Positions 35,894 to 43,201 of a stretch of DNA of 64,000 nt are shown here, piece after piece. Numbering within the stretch: the stretch's first letter is position 1; each line of letters starts with the position of its first letter. The stretch is taken from IMG/VR virus record IMGVR_UViG_3300024348_000012; one strand, written 5' to 3'. The DNA comes from a virus. Taxonomy: Duplodnaviria > Heunggongvirae > Uroviricota > Caudoviricetes. The position numbers and the translations under genes were made by a program. The notes below the pieces were generated by a model that made no database searches, was not told the origin of the DNA, and saw nothing but the letters and a program-made list of their open reading frames with translations.

Positions 35894-36384
35894 TGTTTAC
35901 TAAAGAAGAATGTGAAAGAATAATTTATTTAGCTCAGTCATCTTTAGTGGATTCTAAATTATATTTTAAATATGATGATAATATAAAATATAAAGTATCT
36001 AATATCAAAAAAGATGAAACTACGGATTGGATATTTGATAAAATGCTTGTATTTTTTACAAACAGAACTGGTATTAAAATAAAAAAATCATTGAATATTT
36101 TACATGTTCACAATTATAAAACAGGAGATTATTTTAAAAAACATAGAGATGATTTACACCCAACACAAATACACAATATAGGTGTTTGTTTAAATGATGA
36201 TTATGTAGGTGGTGAATTTATTTTATATGAACCATATGAAATATTACCAAAAAAACAAGGTGAGATATATACATTTGAAAGTTTAAGATTACATGAAGTT
36301 AAAAAAATAGAAAGTGGTGAAAGATGGAGTATAATTGCATTTTTACATAATGAAAATTTAGAACTAAAAAAAACACTATTATGA
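35893..36384 (+). CDS. 2OG-Fe(II) oxygenase, P4H-like
   Basis: KKHRDDLHP (HxD), YVGGEFILYEP, LRLHEVKKIESGERWSIIAF. Confidence 0.6.
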   Translation: MFTKEECERIIYLAQSSLVDSKLYFKYDDNIKYKVSNIKKDETTDWIFDKMLVFFTNRTGIKIKKSLNILHVHNYKTGDYFKKHRDDLHPTQIHNIGVCLNDDYVGGEFILYEPYEILPKKQGEIYTFESLRLHEVKKIESGERWSIIAFLHNENLELKKTLL

Positions 36385-36914
36385 AAATCGGTATAACTGG
36401 ACACTCTAAAGGATTGGGAGAAGCAATTTATAATAAATTAAATAAAATGAATGAAGTTATTGGATTTAGTAGAACAAATGGATACGATATTCAATCACCA
36501 AATAATATAATAGAAAAATTAGAAAATTGTGATATTTTTATAAATAATGTGTATTATGAAACCCATCAATCTAATTTATTTTTTAAATTATTTCAAAAAT
36601 GGAACGATTTAGAAAAAACGATAATTAATATAAATAGTAGTTCTATACATCAATCGGGCGCATGGAATCCTTTATATGTTGCAAACAAAAAACATTTAAA
36701 AGATATTACACAATCTCTAATTGATAAATACCCACAGAAAAAATGTAGAATTATTAATTTAAATTTGGGTACATTAGATACACATAAAAACTTTGAAACT
36801 TTTAATAAAATCGAAGTATCTAAAGTTGCGGAAGTAGTGGAATGGTGTATAAATCAACCACATGGTATTGAAATACAAGAATTAACAATATTACCAACAA
36901 CACAACTAAAATAG
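36381..36914 (+). CDS. short-chain dehydrogenase/reductase-like NAD(P)-binding protein
   Basis: MKIGITGHSKGLGEAIYNKL (TGxxxGxG Rossmann motif); short (177 aa). Confidence 0.45.
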   Translation: MKIGITGHSKGLGEAIYNKLNKMNEVIGFSRTNGYDIQSPNNIIEKLENCDIFINNVYYETHQSNLFFKLFQKWNDLEKTIININSSSIHQSGAWNPLYVANKKHLKDITQSLIDKYPQKKCRIINLNLGTLDTHKNFETFNKIEVSKVAEVVEWCINQPHGIEIQELTILPTTQLK

Positions 36915-36943
36915 ATGTTATTGACACTTGAAAAAATAATAAT

Positions 36944-37762
36944 ATGAAAATTTTAAAATATTGGAAGCCTGACGGGTTTGAAATTTCCTCTTACAAATAC
37001 TCATTAAAAGAAAAAGCAAATCAAATACATACAACGTGTGGTGAAGATAATACTAATCTATGTACCTACACCTACAATGAATTAGGATTTAGGGGTGACA
37101 GTATAAAAAAAGAAGGGTTTAAGGTAATGTCATTAGGTTGTTCAATTACCGAAGGGGTTGGTGTAAATGATAATGAAACGTGGACATCTCAATTCACAAA
37201 TTTAGTACCAAATTCAGTAAATTTAAATTTTGGTGTTTGTGGTAGAAGTAATGATTTTATAGTAAGGTGTTTGTTAAGTTACTATGATTTAATTAAACCA
37301 GATTTGGTATTAATTATGTATACATACTCAACTAGAAAAGAAATATATACAAATGATGGGGGAGTTGAACCATATATGGCAACATCTGCATGGGGATATA
37401 TGCAAGAAACTGAAGATGGTAGACTTATTCAAAAAAATTTACTTGAAATACAAAACGATAATGAAGATTTTATAAATTGGTATAAAAATCATCAATTGAT
37501 AAAATTATTTTTAGAATCTAAAAAGTGTAATTTTATTTGGAATGGTAGTTTGATTCGTTCTAATTATAAAGATGAATTTAGATATGATGGTGATTTTTTC
37601 TTAAATGTATTAGATAAAGGAGTGGATAATAAACATGCAGGCCCAAAACACCTTAAAAATTATGCAACAAAGTTATACGACCATATCAATAATAATTTTC
37701 CTCATTTTTTATTAAATGATAAAACTAAATTAAATATTAAAAATAGTAATAAATTAATATAA
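36944..37762 (+). CDS. SGNH-hydrolase-like protein (putative)
   Basis: FKVMSLGCSITEGVGVN resembles SGNH block I (GDS replaced by GCS); distal His near C-terminus. Confidence 0.4.
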   Translation: MKILKYWKPDGFEISSYKYSLKEKANQIHTTCGEDNTNLCTYTYNELGFRGDSIKKEGFKVMSLGCSITEGVGVNDNETWTSQFTNLVPNSVNLNFGVCGRSNDFIVRCLLSYYDLIKPDLVLIMYTYSTRKEIYTNDGGVEPYMATSAWGYMQETEDGRLIQKNLLEIQNDNEDFINWYKNHQLIKLFLESKKCNFIWNGSLIRSNYKDEFRYDGDFFLNVLDKGVDNKHAGPKHLKNYATKLYDHINNNFPHFLLNDKTKLNIKNSNKLI

Positions 37763-38323
37763 ATGGTAATTACAATCCTTGCAGAACCAAGAAGTGGTTC
37801 AACTAATTTAGCTAATTGGTTTTATTTTAATAAAGACTTTACAATATTATATGAACCAATTACCAGTCCAAAATGGAAATGGTATAAGCATGGTGTATCA
37901 CCAAAATTATGGGAATATAACACTTCTCATTTATTAGTTAAAGAAATTTTTAGACCAGAAACAGATTTTTCTGAATTAATAGAAATATCTGATAAGGTAA
38001 TTATTTTATATAGAGAAAATATAATTGAACAAACCGAATCTTGGTTAAATGCTAATAAAACAAATAATTGGGATAAAGCATGGGTATTTAAAGAAAATTT
38101 AATAAAAAATGAGGATGCATCATATTTTAATCAAATAAAATCCGGATTAAAAGAAAATTATTTGAATAAAGATTATTTTAATATATCATACGAAGAATTA
38201 TATTATAATAATGGTTTTGAAAAAATATTAAATTATTTAAATATAGACGAATTAGAAAATAAAAACTTTCCTTACGGAGAGAAATATAGAATAAATGTTA
38301 ATAAACCAAATACCTTAATATAA
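37763..38323 (+). CDS. sulfotransferase (Stf0/Sulfotransfer_3-like)
   Basis: MVITILAEPRSGSTNLANWF matches the PAPS-binding PRSGST(T/L)L 5'-PSB loop; size about 190 aa, typical of Stf0-type. Confidence 0.5.
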   Translation: MVITILAEPRSGSTNLANWFYFNKDFTILYEPITSPKWKWYKHGVSPKLWEYNTSHLLVKEIFRPETDFSELIEISDKVIILYRENIIEQTESWLNANKTNNWDKAWVFKENLIKNEDASYFNQIKSGLKENYLNKDYFNISYEELYYNNGFEKILNYLNIDELENKNFPYGEKYRINVNKPNTLI

Positions 38324-38324
38324 A

Positions 38325-38356
38325 TTTGGTAATGTCAATTATTTGTCGTATATTAG
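38325..38356 (+). promoter_or_regulatory. conserved phage promoter box
   Basis: tttggtaatgtcaattatttgtcgtatattag. Confidence 0.5.
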
Positions 38357-38384
38357 AGTATTATAAACAATTAAACTCTAAATT

Positions 38385-39032
38385 ATGAAACAAAAGACAG
38401 AACAAGAATTGAAAGCAAATTATGACCGATTTATAGGTATAATTAAGAAGTATTTTAAAGGAGAAAGATTGGAGAAATTACTCCATATGTATTCCGAAGA
38501 AGAATTGGGTGTAAATTTAACCCTATCACCGGCGTCCGGCTCAAAACACTATCATAATGGGTATATAGGTGGGTATATTGACCACATCTTTAATGTATGT
38601 AAGAACGCTCTTAAAATGAGAGACCTGTTCGTAATGCAAGGTGGAGAGATTGATTTCACCGAAGAAGAATTGATATTTAGTTGTCTACATCACGACTTAG
38701 GAAAGTTGGGTATTAAAGGTGAATTACATTACCTACCAAACCAAGAAGAATGGTCTCAAAAGAAATACGGAACTTTATTTGTTCGTAATGAGAAGATACC
38801 TTATATGACTTTAACCGATAGAACTTTCTTTACACTAAACGACTATGGTATTACTTATAATGAGAAAGAGTATTTTGCAATCAAACTTACTGATGGTATG
38901 TATGACGAAGATAATCAAAAGTATTTAGCAGGTCACGACTTAAAGAAACAATTAGTTTATAAGTTACAATTTATTATGCATTGGGCAGACCATATGTCTA
39001 CAATCATTGAAAGACAAGATAACGTAATTTAA
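38385..39032 (+). CDS. HD-domain phosphohydrolase
   Basis: HYHNGYIGGYIDHIF ... LHHDLGKLG (H...HD...D metal-binding motifs). Confidence 0.65.
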   Translation: MKQKTEQELKANYDRFIGIIKKYFKGERLEKLLHMYSEEELGVNLTLSPASGSKHYHNGYIGGYIDHIFNVCKNALKMRDLFVMQGGEIDFTEEELIFSCLHHDLGKLGIKGELHYLPNQEEWSQKKYGTLFVRNEKIPYMTLTDRTFFTLNDYGITYNEKEYFAIKLTDGMYDEDNQKYLAGHDLKKQLVYKLQFIMHWADHMSTIIERQDNVI

Positions 39033-39152
39033 TGACACATTTTCCGATTTGTAACAAAGTAAGTGTAAAATTGTCATAACTTTGTAACGGAGTAAGAGAT
39101 GGTATAGTATTTGGACTATATAGAATATTATTAACTAAAAAACATTTATATT

Positions 39153-39530
39153 ATGTACATGATTGATTACAGTAAGTTATTTGAAGAGTTCTTTAATGAA
39201 CCAAAAACAACAACTTATGTTCCAAACAAATTCGCAGTAGACATTAAAGACGAAGTCGCGAGTATTGCACTATCAGTATTAGGACACAACCCAGAGGATA
39301 TTGAAATTAATTGCTTTGAGGACAAGATTGAAATTAAAGCTAAAAAAACACAAGAGGATAAAGAAAGTCCTTTTAATCAATTGGTTTCGGATATTGAAGA
39401 AAGAATCCAAGTAGGCAAAAACTTTGATGGTAAAAAAGCAAAAGCTGAGATTAAAAATGGAATTCTCTTAATTACACTTGAAAGAAAAGAAGAGTCCAAA
39501 CCAAAAAAATTAACCCCAAAATTAGGTTAA
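39153..39530 (+). CDS. small heat-shock protein (Hsp20/alpha-crystallin domain)
   Basis: AVDIKDEVASIALSVLGHNPEDIEINCFEDKIEIKAK ... AKAEIKNGILLITLERK (the ACD AxxxNGVLxIxxPK-like end). Confidence 0.55.
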   Translation: MYMIDYSKLFEEFFNEPKTTTYVPNKFAVDIKDEVASIALSVLGHNPEDIEINCFEDKIEIKAKKTQEDKESPFNQLVSDIEERIQVGKNFDGKKAKAEIKNGILLITLERKEESKPKKLTPKLG

Positions 39531-39555
39531 TTCAGTTATTTTTTGTATATTACAA

Positions 39556-39586
39556 AGGTAGAAGAGTCATTACTTCTACCTTTTTT
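39556..39586 (+). terminator. rho-independent terminator
   Basis: GGTAGAAG-agtcatta-CTTCTACC followed by TTTTTTT. Confidence 0.6.
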
Positions 39587-39608
39587 TATTTATTAAATAT
39601 TTATAAAC

Positions 39609-39785
39609 ATGATATACAACGAAAAAATACAAATGTTATTGGAATCTTTAGACGGTAAGTTGAGGATTTTGCAAAATGGAATTACAGGTGCACAACATAT
39701 GTCACCTTCTGAAGCTCACACTACATTGGAAGATGCAAGAAAGATAGCTGAACGAATTTCCGAATTAACACGAATCAATAGATAA
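39609..39785 (+). CDS. hypothetical 58-aa protein
   Basis: Small ORF filling the gap; its stop abuts the next ATG. Confidence 0.3.
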   Translation: MIYNEKIQMLLESLDGKLRILQNGITGAQHMSPSEAHTTLEDARKIAERISELTRINR

Positions 39786-40964
39786 ATGAATTGGCTTAAA
39801 TATTTAGTCGGATTTTCTGCACTAATTATCGCCGGTTGTGCAGCATTTTTCTCCGTAACAGGATTGGGTGTTCTATTTAGTGGAGCATCAACCGCAGTAA
39901 TGGTAATGGCCGGGTCATTGGAATTTGCTAAATTAGTAGCAGCAACCTATCTTAAACAAAAATGGGATGAAATTAAGGGTTTTAATAAGTGGTATTTAGT
40001 ATCTGCTGTTGCATTACTAATGTTAATCACATCTGCAGGTATCTTTGGTTACCTTTCTAATGCTTTTCAGGCACAATCACTTAAATTACAACAGGTAGAT
40101 AGGGAAATTATGGTTCATTCTACTAAAATTGACCAAAATACTACTCAAATCACTCAATTATCAACACAAATTAGTGAGTTTAATAAAAATCAAGGTAAAA
40201 TATTAGATGGTGGTAAGGTAAATTCTCGTCTTATTCGTTCAATAGACAATAGAGATAAAGAAATTGCTAAAATTAACAAAAAAATTAGTGATTTACAAGA
40301 CCAAAACGCAAAAGAAAACGAAAAAATCAACGAAATTAAAACTACTAATATAGATTTAGAAAAAGAAGTAGGTGGTTTTAGGTTTGTAGCAGAAGCATTC
40401 GGTGTAGAACTGAAAAATGTTGTAAAGTTCTTCATATTTTTGATTGTAATCGTATTTGACCCATTGGCAGTTGCTTTAATTATCGCATTTAATGGTATGG
40501 TTGGTGAAACAAAACGAAAACAACGAAAACTTTTAGGTGAAATTATGGAAAATGATGAAAAATTGAGCTTATACGATAATTTGGATGATTTGATGGAAGA
40601 AAACTACAAAAATTACCAAATATACGGAGATAATGGAAAATATTCTACAAAAGAGGATAAAAATGAAGTTATAGTGGAAAATATTCTTAACGAAACGGAA
40701 AAAAATGAGATTAACGAAAAAAAAGAAGATACAAATGTTGAATCTACTGATGTTGTGGTTGATGTTACACCTGCTTCTGAAATTATAGAAGAAACCCCAT
40801 CATTAAAATGGGAAGAATACATGCATCCAGAATTCCAATGGCAAAAAAGAAATTTGTGGATAAATAACCCAAAGGCAGTTAATTATTGGTTAAAATCAAA
40901 AGGTGGAACCGTTAGAGAATTGGCAAAATTCAGAAACGAAGAAGAAAATATCAAAACTTATTAA
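39786..40964 (+). CDS. membrane protein with central coiled coil
   Basis: Three N-terminal TM helices, long coiled-coil (heptad-like QITQLSTQISEFNKNQ...), another TM (VVKFFIFLIVIVF), acidic C-terminus. Confidence 0.45.
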   Translation: MNWLKYLVGFSALIIAGCAAFFSVTGLGVLFSGASTAVMVMAGSLEFAKLVAATYLKQKWDEIKGFNKWYLVSAVALLMLITSAGIFGYLSNAFQAQSLKLQQVDREIMVHSTKIDQNTTQITQLSTQISEFNKNQGKILDGGKVNSRLIRSIDNRDKEIAKINKKISDLQDQNAKENEKINEIKTTNIDLEKEVGGFRFVAEAFGVELKNVVKFFIFLIVIVFDPLAVALIIAFNGMVGETKRKQRKLLGEIMENDEKLSLYDNLDDLMEENYKNYQIYGDNGKYSTKEDKNEVIVENILNETEKNEINEKKEDTNVESTDVVVDVTPASEIIEETPSLKWEEYMHPEFQWQKRNLWINNPKAVNYWLKSKGGTVRELAKFRNEEENIKTY

Positions 40965-40967
40965 TTA

Positions 40968-40998
40968 TTTGGTAATTTAGAATAATTTTCGTATATTA
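40968..40998 (+). promoter_or_regulatory. conserved phage promoter box
   Basis: tttggtaatttagaataattttcgtatatta; ends 5 nt before the ATG at 41004 (leaderless-type). Confidence 0.5.
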
Positions 40999-41003
40999 CA
41001 AAT

Positions 41004-41399
41004 ATGAAAAAGTACGCATTATTTATTGGAAGGTGGCAAACATGGCATAAAGGTCATGAGTGGTTAATCAATCAACAATTGGATAAAGGAAAGAATTGTT
41101 GGGTAGCAATTAGAGATGTTCAACAAGATGAGAACAATCCAAAGTCAGCTCAAGAAGTATTAAGAGAATTACAACAGGAACCATTTTTTACAAACAATTG
41201 GGATAAGATTATGTTATCAATTATTCCAGATATTGAAAGTGTAAACTATGGTAGAGGTGTAGGTTATGACGTTATATATCACGAACCACCAAAAGAAATT
41301 GAACAAATTAGTGGTACGGCAATTAGAAAAAAATACATTGACTCAAATGGTGATGTAATCATTTACAATATAGATACGGAAGATGGTAGTAGAGCGTAA
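41004..41399 (+). CDS. nucleotidyltransferase, NMN adenylyltransferase (NadM)-like
   Basis: FIGRWQTWHKGHEWLI (GRFQPFHxGH, the HxGH motif) and C-terminal ISGTAIRKK (SGTxIR). Confidence 0.6.
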   Translation: MKKYALFIGRWQTWHKGHEWLINQQLDKGKNCWVAIRDVQQDENNPKSAQEVLRELQQEPFFTNNWDKIMLSIIPDIESVNYGRGVGYDVIYHEPPKEIEQISGTAIRKKYIDSNGDVIIYNIDTEDGSRA

Positions 41400-41592
41400 A
41401 CGACATATTGCTAAAACTATCTCATATCGTATTTTAAGTACCATAATTGGTTTCTTATTAACGTGGTTGATAAGTGGTTCAATTAAAGTTGGAGCAGCAT
41501 TTGGAGTAGCAGAATTGATTTATAAACCCATTCAATACTATATTCACGAAAGAGTATGGTATAAATGGATTAAATACGGATTAAAAAAATAA
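41383..41592 (+). CDS. small membrane protein (DUF2061-like)
   Basis: 69 aa with two TM helices; pattern resembles DUF2061. Confidence 0.4.
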   Translation: MVVERKRHIAKTISYRILSTIIGFLLTWLISGSIKVGAAFGVAELIYKPIQYYIHERVWYKWIKYGLKK

Positions 41593-41595
41593 AAT

Positions 41596-42243
41596 ATGAA
41601 ATTAATAGTTGATAAGGGTTCTAACGGACTAACAACAAAAGAGTTTGTGGAGTATCTAAAAACTCCTGTATTAAAGTCAGAAATTACACAGCAAGAAGCT
41701 GATGAGTTAAGAAAACAATTAGAACAAGGATTAAGTGAATATCCAGGTTTAGGCATTTCAGCAACTCAATTAGGAATTAAAAAGAGAGCTTGTTATATTA
41801 AATTTGGAGAAGAAGAAGATATTACAGAATTATTTTTGTTAAATCCAATTATTAAAGAAAAATCTAAAGAAGGGTTTCTTTTTATGGAAGGGTGTTTATC
41901 AATTCCATCTTCACTTACAAAACCAACTAGAACTATTAGAGCTTGTAAAGTCGTAGTTGATACTGATAACTTGGGTGAACTAACATTTGAAATTAATCCA
42001 GAAGGTGACAAAGCAAATGAATCAATATCAAAAGAAACAATGATGACCGTTATAGTTCAACATGAAATTGACCATTTAGACGGATTTACAATTAAAGATA
42101 GAGTTTACAATACTCAGGTGGTGAAAAAAGTAGATTTTGGTAGAAATGAAAAAATTGTAATGAAATCAAAAGAAGGTGAGATGGTTGAAGTTAAATTCAA
42201 AAATGCAAACAAATTATTTTTACAAGGATACGAAATCGTTTAA
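41596..42243 (+). CDS. def: peptide deformylase
   Basis: All three PDF motifs are present: GLGISATQLG (GxGxAAxQ), MEGCLSIP (EGCLS) and VQHEIDHLDG (QHExDHLxG). Confidence 0.8.
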   Translation: MKLIVDKGSNGLTTKEFVEYLKTPVLKSEITQQEADELRKQLEQGLSEYPGLGISATQLGIKKRACYIKFGEEEDITELFLLNPIIKEKSKEGFLFMEGCLSIPSSLTKPTRTIRACKVVVDTDNLGELTFEINPEGDKANESISKETMMTVIVQHEIDHLDGFTIKDRVYNTQVVKKVDFGRNEKIVMKSKEGEMVEVKFKNANKLFLQGYEIV

Positions 42244-42244
42244 T

Positions 42245-42511
42245 ATGATATATACAATACTTACATTACTCATACTTACATTATCATATGTAGTTTATAA
42301 TCTTCTAAAAAAATTAGAAAAATATGAAGATACATACGAAGATACACAAAAATTTATACAAACGGAAATTGAAAGGAACGAAGCATTACTGGAGGCATTA
42401 AGACTAATTGATAGTCGTGAAATGTTTGAGAAGGATGATGAAGTTGGTTCTATATTTTATCAAATTAAAGAAACAATAGAAAAATTCAAACAACAAAAAA
42501 ATGCCAGTTAG
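42245..42511 (+). CDS. hypothetical membrane-anchored coiled-coil protein
   Basis: ATG at 42245 just after the def stop (MIYTILTLLILTLSYVVY...). Confidence 0.4.
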   Translation: MIYTILTLLILTLSYVVYNLLKKLEKYEDTYEDTQKFIQTEIERNEALLEALRLIDSREMFEKDDEVGSIFYQIKETIEKFKQQKNAS

Positions 42512-43199
42512 AAAGAAAAGAGGCCCGAACAGACAATATTTTCCAAAAGATACCGAAGATGCAATCATTGAGTATAATTTAACCAATGACCAATATATTA
42601 AAGATAAATTATATAGAGAAAGAATTGCATCTGCATTTGACAAACTTGCAGAGATAGTTTATAATAAATGGAAGTTTACTTATTTTGATGATGACCCAAA
42701 AGATGTAATGGCGGAGGTTGTTGCATTTATGATTGAAAAAATTCATATGTACAAAGCGGGTAAAGGTAAAGCATTTAGTTATTTTACAATTGTTGCACGA
42801 AACTATCTTATTTTAAATAATAATGCAAATTATAAAAGGTATAAAGATACCGATGTGATGTCAGGTTTGCCGGAATCGTTTGATACTGAAAATAATTTTA
42901 GAGAGGAGGAACGCAATGATGAACATAGAACATTTAATATTAGAATGTTAGAATATTGGGATAAACATTTAGAAAACCATTTTCCAAAGAAAAGAGACAT
43001 GCAAATTGCAGATTCGGTATTAGAATTATTCCGTAGAGCAAATTACATAGAAAATTTTAATAAAAAATCACTATATCTACTTATTAGAGAAATGACAGGA
43101 CACCCTACTCATTATATTACCAAAGTTGTTAATAAGATGAAAGAAAAACAAATGGCACTTTATAATGAATTTGATAGGGAAGGTGATATAAAAATTTAA
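42501..43199 (+). CDS. sigma-70-family-like transcription factor (putative)
   Basis: DVMAEVVAFMIEKIHMYKAGKGKAFSYFTIVARNYLI resembles sigma region 2.1-2.2 (DLiQEg...kFdp.kG.kFsTYAtwwIR). Confidence 0.4.
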   Translation: MPVRKKRGPNRQYFPKDTEDAIIEYNLTNDQYIKDKLYRERIASAFDKLAEIVYNKWKFTYFDDDPKDVMAEVVAFMIEKIHMYKAGKGKAFSYFTIVARNYLILNNNANYKRYKDTDVMSGLPESFDTENNFREEERNDEHRTFNIRMLEYWDKHLENHFPKKRDMQIADSVLELFRRANYIENFNKKSLYLLIREMTGHPTHYITKVVNKMKEKQMALYNEFDREGDIKI

Positions 43200-43201
43200 A
43201 A

